DNA from: Utricularia gibba
Lineage: Eukaryota; Plantae; Magnoliophyta
Direction of reading: 5' to 3'
DNA length: 64,000 nt
Assembly: GCA_002189035.1 (NCBI GenBank)
Contig: NEEC01000024.1
Location: 558,001 to 622,000 of the forward strand
The notes under the pieces are model-generated. The model made no database searches, was not told the origin of the DNA, and saw nothing but the letters and a program-made list of their open reading frames with translations. This document shows positions 13,690 through 26,830 of this stretch, piece after piece; position 1 is the first letter of the stretch; each line of letters opens with the position of its first letter. Position numbers and translations under genes: made by a program.

Positions 13690-15600
13690 GGCCTCGTTTG
13701 TTAGGTGGGTTTAGCCCTCTAAACCCTTGGGTAAAAAGTATTGTATGTGTTTGTTGGGGTGGTTTAGTAAAACACAAGGGTTTGTATTATCCCGAATTAA
13801 ACCTGCAGCTACTGGTTTCACAAAACCCACGTGTGAGGTGGGTTTCTCAAAACCCACCTCACACAAATACAACTTGGTCGATAATACCCTTCTACTCCAT
13901 AAGCAAATTCGCAACAGTAAATCTGTGTATTTGTTCATCCTCTTCAACAAAAATCTGTTGGGTTTTTGCAGGTACATGGTGAGTGAATTCGAATTCTGAT
14001 ATTTCGACGAAAACCCATACTTCAATTTAAGCCAAGAGTACTTATTTTTTGTTTCGCATATGATGGAGTCGGTTTTTTTTTTTCCGAAAATTGCAGTAGG
14101 TTGTGCATTGCTTATTGAGGCTGTTGCAATGGTTTCAAAGAAGATTATTTTGGCTGCCCTTACTGCGGCACATTGCGTTGGTCAGTATCTATGTATTATG
14201 CGAGTTATGATTGTTATAATGTTGCATTTCTGTTGTACACCAACCGATAGGAGAATTCGGTTCTCATACCGAGAAAAGATACCGTGACAAAAAGAACATT
14301 TGACTGCCTTGTTATCTGATTCAAGGAGTGCTTGTCTTGAAAACTTACGATTAAGTGCAGATGTCTTCAACAAGTTATGTTATGTTCTTCGAAGTAATGG
14401 TAGACAAACCACTTCAAGGTATGTCGATGTTCCAGGGCAAGTTGCATTGTTTTTGGATATTTTGGGTCATCACAGGAAAACAAGGCAACAGAAATTTGAA
14501 TTCATGCGAAGCAGCTGGACATTGTCCAAATATTTCAATGTGGTATTGTCGGGGATGATGTCATTGCACTAAAATTTACTTCAGATTTTTCGAGGTATGC
14601 CAGAAGATTTTTCTTCGTAGTTGTGGATGTGCAACGTGTATTCTGCATGCTGTAACTTTCTGCTCTATTTTTCAGAATTGCTTGGGTGCATTGGATGGTT
14701 CATATTTTCAGGTGAAAGTCAAGAATCAGGATAAACCAAAGTGGAGGAATCGTAAAGGAATCGTGTCCACTAATGTGCTAGGAGTGTGTGATGATAAGCT
14801 CATGTTCATCTATTTGTTGTCCAGTTGGGAGGGATCCGCTACTGATAGTAGGGTGCTGCGAGATGCAATTGGTCGACAAAGAGCATTCACTGTACGCAAA
14901 GGTAGGTGCTTACAATGTGTAGAAGTCCATAGTTATGATTACCTTTAATGTATTCCATTTTTTTGTAGAGCATTATTACTTGTGTGATAATGGCTACATA
15001 AACGTAGAGGGATTTCTAGCACCCTACAGGGGTGTCGGGTCCATGGCTCCACAGAATGCGAAGAAATATTTCAACATGCGGCATGCTTCTGCAAGGAATG
15101 TTATTGAGAGGGCATGGGGTCTAATGAAAATGAGGTGGGGTATTTTATGAAGTTATAGTTTTTATCCTATTAAAACACAAATTCGTATCATACTCGCATG
15201 TGCCCTGCTTCACAATTTTATTCGGCGAGAAATGCCAATTGATCCATGGGAAGAGGTCATTCCGGAAGAATACCGCAATCCGGATTCATAGGAATATGAA
15301 GATGATGAACATATTTCCTCCATAGGAAACTCAGAGGAGTGGACACAGTGGCAGGATTCAATGGCTGAGATAATGTTTGCGCAATGGAGAGAGACCACAC
15401 GAAGAAGGGTATGAGATGTACTAATGAATCTTGATATTTTATTAGTTTGGCTTAAAGACATTTTATTTCATTTTCCAATAGTTAATAAGCATTGTGTTGT
15501 GTTGTATTCATATTGTGCAAACAAATCAGTTATTCTAGACATGATTTGCTTCTTACATTGGGTTATTTCCCACGGTGAACTGCCTTATTTATGCTGGACT
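13690..15600 (+). mobile_element. PIF/Harbinger DNA transposon, right end missing (right boundary approximate)
   Basis: TTA|GGCCTCGTTTG resembles a PIF TIR with a TTA target site. It is followed by an AAACCC/GGGTTT-rich subterminal region and a DDE_Tnp_4-type transposase remnant. I found no right TIR and no Myb/SANT ORF. Confidence 0.75.
14060..15414 (+). pseudogene. Harbinger (HARBI1-like) transposase pseudogene with two probable introns
   Basis: Motifs CLENLRLSADVFNKLC, CLGALDGS, RNRKGIVSTNVLGVCD, SWEGSATDSRVLRDA, YYLCDNGY, FNMRHASARNVIERAWGLMKMRWGIL and ILACALLHNFIR. Premature stops include TGA at 14285-14287 and one after RWGIL. Confidence 0.88.
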
Positions 15601-15619
15601 GTTGTCACAGCAAATGTGA

Positions 15620-16600
15620 TACAGTCACTGGAAACAAGAATTTGGAGTGCCTGGAAAGATATGATAGGGTTGAAGGATGCTTCATGTTTCCACACACTGT
15701 TGACTTATACATCTGGGTGCAACTATTGCATGCTCTACACTATCTACATGTACATTGGAAGAATTGTATTCTAGGCACTGTGAATATCTGCTCTCGGTGC
15801 CTGGATGAAATGTGTTCCTAGCACCGCAATACACCGGTATCAGTGCCTGGAAGTCCAGTGTACCAGGCACCGCAAAAATTTTGTGTCGGTGTCTACAAGA
15901 CACCCCTTTTAGGCACTGAAAAACGCCGCTCTCAATGTCTGAGAGACGTGCGTCCCAGGCACTGCAGAATGCTGCTCTCGGTGTCTGAAAGACACGTTAT
16001 TTTAATATTTTCATTAGCATTCGATTCTTAGGTATACTTTGGATCGAGAGTTAATATAAATTTAAAATAAACAAATATCCACTCGATTCGAATGATACCT
16101 AGGGATCGAATTCTAATAAAAATATTAAAATATTGTGTCTTCCACACACCGAGAGCGGCATTCTGCAGTACCTGGGACACATGTCTCTCAGACACTAAGA
16201 GCAACGTTTTGCAGTGCCTACAAGGGGTGTCTTGTAGACACCGAGACAAAACTTTTGCAATGCCTGGTACACTGAGACCAAAATTTAAGATTATAAATTA
16301 CAGAATGTTTCCTTTATGGGTTTAAATTAGTTCGAGATTACATAAGATTTTTTTAATCTTATACATATGAATTTATTTAAAATCGTCTACTTTTTTACGT
16401 TAATTAAGTTTGATTTTAATTTTATTAACTATTTTAATACCTAATTAATTGATATATATCATATTTATTTAAATTAAAGTAAAAGGCTGCTCTCAGGGCC
16501 TGGGAGACATGCGTTCCAGGCACTGCCGAATGCCGCTCTCGGTGCCTGGAAGACACGCTGTAGACACTGCAACCTTTGAAATAGGTGCCTGGAGCAATCA
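15620..16600. repeat. Modular direct and inverted repeat region (foldback-like) containing a hairpin at 15856-16274
   Basis: A unit of about 42 bp (CCAGGCACTGCNGAATGCYGCTCTCGGTGYCTGRAAGACACG) occurs at 15955-15996, 16516-16557, inverted at 16134-16175 and degenerate near 15771-15810. GTGCCTGG and AGGCACTG motifs recur throughout. Confidence 0.8.
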
Positions 16601-16804
16601 CGGGCCGGAATGAATATTAGGTCTCGCGTATTTGAGCCTTATAACAAACCCTCTGGCCCAGTCCTCACCCTCCTTCACCACGCACCTAATCGCCGCACAC
16701 TGCAAAGCACGGCACACCGTCCCCACCTTAACCGCATGGTCCCTCCCCCATTTGCTTTCCTTTGTCCTGTCTATCTCAAGAAATGCTTACTTCCAAGAAA
16801 CTCC

Positions 16805-17543
16805 TGTTAGTGTATGTGTTCTAGAGACAATCAACTCATTGGAAAATCTTATCTTTTGATATTTACTTTGAATTGTGATCAAATTTATATCATTGATAAA
16901 ATCCTCTACTTGATCTATGTGCTATAGAAATTATGATGAGATCATAATGTGAGATTCTTCAAGCACTCATGATCAAGTTAAATCTCCCTGGCTAGAGTAT
17001 TTGTGAAATGAGGATATCACAAATACGGATAAGCTGGCACACATTGAGTTCCCTAAATTGTTTAGGCAATGGTTCTCACAATTGATGTAATGAGATTACT
17101 AGAACCTATGTGTAGGTGTCGATTAGAGAATCGATTCACTGGATGACTCATCTTCGAGATGCTACTATGGGAAGCTAACCAAGTGTCAGTAGCAAGATCT
17201 CGAATACGATAGCCGTGCAAATAAGCTTAGACTTGAGGTCAACAAAGTTATCTTGATCTTAAGCTCACATTTTCGCTCATTGTCAATGGGAGCCTAACCA
17301 TGGCTTGCCTAGTATGGATGAGTAGGGATGTGACTCCTTAAGGTTGGAGATAGTTGATTGATCAATAAAGGATTCATCACTCATGTTAGCAATGAGATCA
17401 TATCTCAAGTAATTGCATCAAAACCTAACAGTAAGTCCTGGGCCCAGGGTAATGACACTCGAATTGTTTGAGTAGGTCATTGAGTGTGAGTGTTTGAATG
17501 CAATTATAAGTTTAATACATCAGAAAGACACACACCCATGTTC
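16805..17543 (+). repeat. Truncated Angela-type Copia LTR (5' portion, about 740 bp)
   Basis: Starts TGTTAGTGTATGTGTTCTAGAGACAATC. Near-identical to the first half of 30381-31881 and of the reverse complement of 55410-56859. Homology stops after CACCCATGTTC. Confidence 0.85.
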
Positions 17544-18676
17544 GGATTGCCGTCCCGACCGAATTCTGTAGGTTTCGACTACTTTTTGTGTCTGATAGCC
17601 ATACTGTGATCCGACTATAATAGTCGGCTACTCTAACATTCCTATAAAATGGGCTACCTTTGAGACTATCAAAACAGCGTCCGCTACCCAGTTCTGATAC
17701 TTATCAGTGTACTGATTTGTAGCGGGTTGTAGACTTTTGAGACCTTTTCCAACGATTTAGCTAGGGAGGAGCCGATTTGGTTATCCGTCAATCACATGTT
17801 CATATCTCCCGAGCTTGCTCCATATGACGCATGTCCATTCAAGGCCCATATTTAAATATATAAATATACATTTATATCATATCTTTGATGGGACTTGGAT
17901 GGACATATTTAAATATTTATTCAAATTGAAAAAAACATATTTCATTATAAAATGTTTATTATTAATTACAAATTATTATGGACGTTCATACAAATTAAAT
18001 TATATTGTAGATCAAATAACATTCTTTATATGATTTTAAAAAACTTATATAATATGCTATTTATATGAATTTAAATAATTATGAAACTTCAAAATGTTAA
18101 CAAAATGTATCATATATTTAAGGATATAAAAATATAATATACAGATATATATATAGATACTATATTTAATTATTGAAAATTAATATATATTACCAACACT
18201 ATAATTAATTGAATTATTGATTTTTTATATTCAATTTCACCTTTACATTACATTTTTTTAAATAGACAAAATGTTTATATTTTTTAAATGATTTTAGTTT
18301 TAATTGAATAATTGATTTCTGAATTATTCTGACAGCCGAACGGACGTCAAAACAATTTATGATAATATGATTAAAATTTTAAAATAAACAGTAAAAGTAG
18401 GATGAATTACTAACGTAAACATTCAGGTATTGAATAAAATTAATTCATAAATGAGGTATTCTACCAATTTAACATAGAATGTGAGATATTTTACGAATTA
18501 ATTCACATCAAAATTTTGGCGTCCATAAACAAAAGCATTATAAATTTTTTTTAATAAACGAATATGAATAAATTTTAATATATTTTAAAAAATTATAACA
18601 ACTCTAATTACCATGTTTTGGTACGAGGATCAGCAGGCACTGCATACACAGTGCAACTCGGCGGGAGAAAAAGAAG

Positions 18677-20801
18677 CTAAGGCAATGGCAATGGCGAGCT
18701 CCACTGGCTGAATACAGCCAGATCTCTGTTGACGATAGATCCATTGTGCAACCAAAATGTTTCAGCGGATTGATGGAATTGCCGCACTTTCTTCTCAAGT
18801 TCCCGCAATACACCGTTGAATGCAGAGCATGATTTGGATTCCGGAGCATATACAAACAAGCATCTCACCTGTCTGCCCCTGGCGATCATCTCCTCTATGG
18901 CTTTATCTGGGGGAATGGGACACCAACCAGTTAGGCCGCATCAATGGAATAATATCAAGGAAAGTTGTTGTATTCCAAACTGAGACCTGGGATTGACTCC
19001 AGGTAGTCCAGGAGCTGTGTTCCTATTCGAGAGGATGGCCATTTAATGGATATCTGTGTGTAGTCAACCACATCTTGAAATGGCAATTCCACTTGATCTG
19101 ATAATAAAACTGGAACGCATTCCTGTTAAGAAGGAACACAAAACACAGCTACCATAAGCTTCTCAGCAAGCATCATCATGCTGCCACTACAGATAGCGCA
19201 TGTTGCCAACCACAAAGAAAGACTCGTAAAAACGAAGCGTCCATGATGACTCTCCACGTGGTGCTAGACAGAATTTCGCGTTACGAAGATGCTGGAAATA
19301 CTCCATTCTCCCAAGTTTGTTAGGACCAGAGAACTTCAACTCTGGACATTCCAGCTGTTAATGGAATAAAAATTCACATGTTTAGAAAGGAAAATGAAAG
19401 TTGAAATCAGGAAACCTTTGTTTGCTAGCAGTTAAGAAAAACCACTCTGCCCTGTTATGTGCTAACATCACAGGCAAACTTGCTTGCTTCGGCTTTACCT
19501 TATCTGGAAAACGCTTTGCAAGATCGATCAGTTGCAGGCGTCCAACTTTACCTTGTGCTCGGCCTAAATAATTTGCCAAATACTTCCTCCTTGATAAGGG
19601 CAAAGGTTCTACGAGTTTTGGCTTCTTCAGTGTCATTCCATCCTCCACATTACCAGGTATGATGATATCTTTCCATGTATTGAAAGCACTTGACTCTCTC
19701 TTATCCGTGCGGTCTCCCTTCAAGAACAGAAAAAAATAATACGAAAAATAATGAGCATTAACAGAAAAATAATACAAAAGCAGCTCTTATCAAAAGACAA
19801 AGTAAAGTTGTCATACCTCTGGAGTAAGAATTATAGAACGATTTATATAGGTAGCCCACGACTTGAACAAGTGAGCTCCAGCACCACTGCGACGGGAGAA
19901 GGAGTTAATCAACTGGGGTTTGTGACAGGAACGCGAAGCAAATTCAGAATTCATACACAGGTTGCTCATAGTCCCTCTCTTAAGCTTGACAGGACTGTGA
20001 ACAAGGACATAAGGACATGAATGTTTTAAGCAAGGAAATGGTAAATCAAACCTTGGAAAAACAAAGATATGGTTGCGGCCACCGGATAACCTGAAATACG
20101 GCATTTGACTTAAAACCTGAAACTCATTAGTGCTAACATAAATGATAATTTCATCAGCAAGTGACACAACTGAAACCCGAATCTCATTGACAAAACTGAC
20201 TAAGTGTCAATGAAGAAAACTAAAAGATAATCACCTTTACGTAAGTTTCGTTGATCTCCTTATCATTCAAACCACCCATCATCCGAACACACTTCACATA
20301 AGATGGCACAAAGAAGAAATCCGCTTCCTCTTTCCTTCTAGTCCGGACTGCTGACTGCAAAAACATTCTATGCAGCTTCACCTGGAGAAGAGACTAAAGC
20401 TTAATCTCCACCCACCTTAAACAACAATCCAACACATTTCAGAAAATGGGCATCCAAAAGATCTAAGTACAACCAATTACCTGTGTGCCCCACTGCCCTT
20501 TGACGCAATTATCAGCAGAAATTTTGCCGTCTCGTCCGTACATCAGCAGCTTAAGTTCCTCAATCTCGTGTTCATCGTAGACGTAAACCCTAAAATTCAA
20601 CCGCAACACTTCATACGGGTGACTATGAAGGCCAGCATTTGATATTGAGTTGAGGGAGAATGAAGAACAGGAGCCCATGTAATGGCCAAACAGTCCGATG
20701 ATAAGAACCGTGGAGACGACCATTGCAACGGCAGCCACATAATGGGTCCGCGTGCAAGTGTGGGATCTGCTGCTTCTGGTGTTGGTATACAAGCTCGCCA
20801 T
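18677..20801 (-). CDS. Exostosin-family (GT47) glycosyltransferase, At1g21480-like, 8 exons, about 443 aa
   Basis: Exons 20481-20801, 20235-20381, 20052-20116, 19817-19886, 19499-19717, 19211-19354, 18987-19122, 18677-18906 (1332 nt, open frame, GT-AG). It has an N-terminal type II transmembrane segment and the motifs VYVYD, KGQWGTQV, EEADFFFVPSY, GGRNHIFVFP, KFCLAPRGESSWTLRFYESFFVECVPV and ETFWLHNGSIVNR. Confidence 0.93.
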
Positions 20802-22189
20802 GAAAATTGAAGGTTATTGCGATGAATGAACTCGCAAAATCACTTGGCAGAAAGAACACTAGAGATGTTCTCGAGAGATCTGCGCTTTTCTGATTTGTAA
20901 TCCCACAGAAATGCGGCGGTATTCTCTCACTTTCCGCCTAAGTGATACTTGGATGTTTTAAATGGAAAAATAATTTGAAATATTGTAGATTTGCATTTGT
21001 GTATAAATAGATAACAATTTTTTTTTTTTACGTAAATAGGGGTTGCTATGGACAAGGAAAATACTCTTCTAATTATTTTCAAAACACACATTGTAAAAAT
21101 ACTTGATGTTAAAACCATCCACAATGTACATCTCACCTTCTCTTTATGTTAAAACCATCAATTATACTATTTTTTTTATCATTTTTGAATTTATTTTTGT
21201 TAAAATGTAAAAATCATTTAATAATTATATTATTTATCGAAAATAAAAAATATATTATATTCATTTTACAAATATTATAACAAATATTAGTAAAATATTT
21301 TTCATTGTAATTCAATAATTATATTGAATTATAAGATAAAATTAATTCTATTAATTTTTCAAATAAAATATTAAAAATCGTTCAAATATTTTATATTTTA
21401 TTTTTTTGGATATCATTTATTCAAAAAAATTTATAATTGAATAATAAATAACATTAAAATTCAATAATTAAAATAACATAAAATTCAACAAAAAATAAAT
21501 ATTCTTTTTAAAATAATAAAAAAATAAAAAACATCATTTTTATTTAAACTTTTCAGTTTGATATTTTTTTTATTTAAAAACCTATACAATAAAAATTATT
21601 TAAAAAATGGATAATTGAAAATATAAAATAAATTATATTTTTACAAATATTATACTAAAATTCATCAAAAAATATTGTTTTATGTTTTTATATAACACAC
21701 ATATAAAAATAAAAAATTAAAATGATTTAAAGATATAAGATATATTTATTATAAATAAGAAACTAGTTATTATCGTTATAAAAAATATATGTACCTCTAA
21801 AGTTTACGAGCAATGTAATAATCTATTATAATTGTCAAAAGTGAAAGTAATATTATAAAAATAATAACTCAATTTAAAATTAATTAGCTAGCTCTAGTGA
21901 GCAGTATAATCAATGGCCAATGATCGATGAAATTGAGAATCACGAGATGGAACGAGCTACATGAAATGAAGCAAGTAGAAAAAAGGTAGACTAAAAACCA
22001 TCAGCCTCCGCTGAACTTACGGCAAAACCCCAAACATAACTTTCACACTCCCGCATTCTTTCCTAGCGCAAACGAACTCCAGCCTTTGGCCTTCAATTGG
22101 TCCCTCCGACGGTCCCTAACGGTACCAATATACCCTACCGCTTCATTCATCAATGCTTGACCACTGCGAAAATCATGTACAAATGATGG

Positions 22190-23420
22190 TAAATCAGGTG
22201 CTGCTACAAGTGCTTCAAGAAAAATCTTCATCTCTCAACTTAATAAAAGTTGAATCTCTTTTATGGTCCATTGTTATGGTTGTAAATCGGATTGGTGATA
22301 TGATCCGATATTCGAGTTATGAAATCAGTATTTTCATAAATGATTTTGTTGCGCCTTTTTCTCCTTACTAGGTTCTCCTCTATTTCCGACTCCATCTTGA
22401 TTCCTTCACATTACCTCAATTCTGCGGGTTCCTTGCCAACCCTCTATTCTGTCCCCAGAGTTTCCTTTTGTGTGTTCAAATTCAGCCCAAAGGATGACTT
22501 GATGTTCAAAAATATTTCCTTCATCAAAGCTTTCAGCTGTTTCTGATTTATGAACATCAATTCTGGGTCTTGAGTGCCAGCATTCCCTCCGCTGTCCACG
22601 TTGGTAGAAGCATTTGGGTTTGCCATATCAAGAGGGGTGATGAATAGCTTCTTGTGGATTCTCAAATGGGACCATTGTTCATGGCCCACATGGGGGCCAA
22701 AATGCTATGTTTGTAAATCTAATCAGTGATATGATCCGATATTCGAGTAATCAAATCGGTATTTTCTCTTTTATATTTTCAGGTTGGTGGAATCGAATTG
22801 TGATTGAGATGATACGGTAAAAGGAAACACAGATTTTTGTGTGGAAATCATTGGAATATAAAACCACGAAGCTGAAGAAGCTCACAAGAAAAATGGGTTT
22901 CACTAAGAAGAGGAACAAAGAGATTTACAAGGATTGTGAGTAATCAATCTAGAAAGCATTTATATCCAAACATTCTCCTATTTATAGGAGATGTTGGGCC
23001 GACTGATTTTTGAGGATGTCATGTACTGTGTACACCTAACAGTTATGTTGGTCATTTGTGGTCCTACTAATATGTGACTATGACTTGCTCTGGGGCTGTT
23101 ACAAAAGCTGTCACTATTTTGAAATGGCTGTCACTATCATTTTCCGGTCCCTATCGACCTGCACGTTTGTTATAGGTCATGAAAAGCTGTTTCCTGATCC
23201 CAGACTGATTTCGTCTGGTGAGAACCAATTTGATATCCTATTTTTCGACCGATTTATATAGCCTTCATGTGAGTGTTCCACATGGCACCTACCAATTTCT
23301 TGCTCCATAATTTATGGTACATCAGGTGCTTCCACAAGTGCTTCAAGAACAATCTTCATCTCACCCTTTCAATAAAATTTGAATCTCTTTTATGGTCCAT
23401 GTATTCATTTGTAGGTGTAT
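22190..23420 (-). mobile_element. Heavily deleted LTR-retrotransposon remnant, possibly Tat/Ogre (boundaries approximate)
   Basis: Duplicated blocks at about 22195-22280 versus 23320-23400 and 22295-22340 versus 22725-22770. A PBS-like TTTTGGCCCCCATGTGGG is on the minus strand near 22685-22702, followed by a gag-start-like ORF (22444-22689). Confidence 0.3.
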
Positions 23421-23560
23421 AGAAATATTGCATTGTCAATCTATTTGTGAACACAATGAGTGAAAATTTATAATCCTAATTTATAACTAGCCATATGAAG
23501 AATATGAGTAAAGTGGATTAAGGTCGAACACAATGAGTTAAGTACTTGTCATATAAGTGT

Positions 23561-24545
23561 TGATGCATGTTGTTTCTATCACAGTTGGAAATTTAATCTA
23601 AATTAGTACTAACAGTTTTGAAATAATACGCAGATAGGCAGCAAACACGTAAAAGCATTTTTGTTATCTAAAATTAATCAAGGTGATGCCTTGGGACTTC
23701 CAAAGATTGCATGTTTATCACTAAAATAACTTCACATAAACTACAATTTATGCATCTAACAAGCAAAAGTTTAGGTTTATCCAAACTCTTATTTTTCCTT
23801 AATCTTTGGTCTACCTTTAATTAAGACTACTAGAATGAGTCTCACTATATCCTCCTTTTGGATCTATCTTGATTTGTTAAGCAAGTAGTGTGATTTATGT
23901 CTCACAAAATCCAATGAATGATTTGCACACTACAACCCCCTTTTACCCCTAAGGCACTCCTAGGTGTTTAGCTATTCATGCTAAAGGTAAATAAAACTAG
24001 AATATAAAACATCATCCACTTTATGTCTATATCACAGTTGATAACCAGGAAACAAACAAGAACAAATGTAAGAAGTTCAAGCAAAAATTTAAAATGTTGC
24101 AGGCTACTACTTGTTGAGAGTAATATCCTTAAGAAACAGAAGGAGATCTTCAGATATAAGCTTCATTCCCAATTGTCTTCTTTGCTCTTCCTTGTTCTTG
24201 CGAGTTTTCTCTAGATCTCTCCCCCCATAATTGTCTGTGGCGTGTTCCCCAATGAGAAGATATTTTTTTTCTCCCTCTCATCATTCTAAAAAATCTCCTT
24301 TTTTCTTCACCTTGAGACTTGGATATACTTCATTCAACTTTTCTCCATATCTCTTACAACTTTACTATTCTCTTTCCTTTCCTTAGGATTTGGGTTGCTA
24401 ACATATGTTGTATTGTTAAAAAAATGATTAGAACTAAAGTTGGGACTTATCACAAAAACGCAGAAATATATAATAAAATATAAGTTTTTGTAGCATAATA
24501 CTAATCATTTCCTTATCCTAAAGTGCTCAAAACTATGTGTTATCA
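23561..24545 (-). repeat. LTR of a second Athila-like family (TGATAACAC..ATCA type)
   Basis: The minus strand begins TGATAACACAT and ends GCATCA. It shares the block GGAA(G)TCCCAAGGCATCACC with the solo LTR at 46701-47852. No matching TSD is visible. Confidence 0.55.
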
Positions 24546-25399
24546 GATCCCATATTTTTTTGCAACTCTTTCAACGAAAGCATATTTGCTGACTTGTTGA
24601 GGACTTGAAGATTTGTGATGGTGCATTTTATTACATCTCATATGGATGCCACATTTAATATCTTCTCATTGAACATCTAATCAATGATTAGGGTTAATTG
24701 TGCACATTATAAAAAGAGTAACATGTAAAAATATGTATATAAAAAATATTACATAGAATTTGGTCTTAAAAACATTGAAAATATGACATTTACAATAAAT
24801 ATAAGTCAAGTAATTAACAATTAACTAGATGTTGCAAATGTGTTAAATACTAAATAACTATCATACCCACTCAGCGAAAAATCCAATTGTTGGGTCTTCT
24901 TTTGATAGATGCCGATGAATTGTAAATAATATCCGTAAAAATACCATTGATGTGGAATACCACTAATTTTCCCACCATTGGAATATGACTTCTTAATTCG
25001 TAGAAAGAAGACCATCTACATTAATACCATTTTAGTTGTTGCTTCAATGTTTCATTTCAAATTAGTTGTTTCGTTTTGAACTGCCATATCTTCAAGTAGA
25101 TCATCAGTATCACTTCCACTTTTGTCATCCATATTATCAGCTTTTGTGGTAATCCTTTTTGTTCCACACCAAAATTTGGCTGTGCTTCGTACTCTAAGGA
25201 CAGGTGGTTGGATTGCAATTCATGTCTTAGTCTTTGTTGTGGGTAGAATCGGTTGTGTGATGAATGACTGATTTCTGATAGGAGCACTAGTATTTGATTG
25301 ATTTATCCAATTTGTGCCTTAGCATCAATTTCATTTCAATAGTCGATTCTTCTAGGACTTGGGATCCTATGTTGTCTTTTTGCTTTTTCAATAAAGCGT

Positions 25400-26830
25400 A
25401 CTGATTTTCGACACCATCATTCAGCCCTTTTTCAAGATCTCAACACCTAACAATAAATGAAATGGAAATTTGGAAGTACCAACCAGGCATTCTAGTAGTT
25501 GGGAGTACCAACAATTCTGGATTTGTTTGTTTTCTATTTTGTGTGAAGACTGATGCGTATCGTTTCCACAACAAATTTTAATACTTTTAAAACTCGTAAA
25601 ACACAAAAGCATAGTACGGGTGTCGAACATAGGGAGTTGTTTTTGAGTGAAAGGTGAGGCACCCCGAATACAACTGTCACAATTTGTAAATGGTTTTGAA
25701 GATAAAAGGTGCGAGAAACGTTGATGATGAAGCTTGAGTAAGGGAATGAGAGGGGTTTTGAGCAAACAACTAAAATGAACGTAAGCGATGAACCTTAAAT
25801 AAAGTAAATGTTCCTGGGTTTGGAATCCTGTCCAGCTATGTTCGTTGCGTCTTCACTCTTCTCTAGTCCTCTCGAGTACTCGATTATAGGAGTAAGGAAT
25901 TGCCTACTCTCCCTTACACTCTCTTGCAAGAAGGCACGGGAATAGCCCGATGTTGCTCCTCCTTGGACGAACGTGAGAATAAGAGGTCCTGCCAGCGTAC
26001 CCTCACGGCCGAATTACGCGCGTGTGCCCGAGTGTTGCCAATGACCCAATGAGTCCAGATACGAGGTCACTACCTGTCTATTGATCCTGAAGTACGGCCA
26101 CAGACAAAAAGTTGTCTTCCTCCTGCCAAAAGGGCTCGAGTTGGTGCTTTCCACCTTACTCCTCTCCAAAATCCGAGGGTAGTGATCAGCTAACCATGAA
26201 CCTTGAATAAGGGGACTGTTACAGAAAGACTGCAGCATAGTCATGCGAAAACATACGAAACCCGTTTGGATTCAGAGAAAATGTGAAAATAAGCTAACGA
26301 TACATAGATCTAGGGGTGTTCCAACCCAGAAACAAAAGTTTCTAGCCACGAACGACCATACAAACTAAAGAAAACGAAACAAGGTTCTAGAGAGAAGCTA
26401 GAGGAAAAATACTCTAGAGAGAGAAACAAAAGGGAAAACTAAACTGAAGGTAAACTGAACTTGTCTGAACAGAACTGAACTTCATTGAGAGTCTGAGCTT
26501 TCGTATCCCTATGATTCTGCTGAACTTGGGATGACTTGTAAGCAACGTCTGACACTGGTACGCTAATGATGCCGCCTGTCAGAAACTCCCGTGTTCCGCA
26601 CGTCAAGTCTCATGATTAGGCGTTTGCAGTCTTCCGGAAATCAAGGGAATGTCAGCTCGGGAAGATCCAATTTGTCGCCATCTGATGCCCTCTTTCTCTC
26701 ACTTCCTGCCACGTGTGCGCCTCTAGAAAAACTCAATTAAAACTAGTAAAATTAATAGATAAAATACAAGATTTAGGATAATTACCCTAAACTAGATAAA
26801 AACCCAAATCTCACATTATAGACTGCTAAT
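25400..26830. mobile_element. Probable degenerate LTR-type repeat, possibly Ogre/Tat (boundaries approximate)
   Basis: No coding potential. Motifs include GGGTGTCGAACA, AAGGTGAGGCACCCC, a GC-richer core and reiterated AACTGAAC. The family call is by resemblance only. Confidence 0.3.

Noticed and set aside
15620-16600. Regularly recurring units of about 42 bp that superficially resemble a CRISPR array
   Set aside because: The context is eukaryotic, the units occur in both orientations with irregular spacing and no unique spacers, and there are no cas genes.
17832-17905. Imperfect 18-bp inverted repeat (TGTCCATTCAAGGCCCAT / ATGGGACTTGGATGGACA)
   Set aside because: It is short, has mismatches, shows no clear TSD and has one copy in the window, which is not enough to call a MITE or miRNA.
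24790-25290. Weak coding-like remnants on the minus strand
   Set aside because: The frames contain stops and I recognise no domain, so no call is supported without a search.
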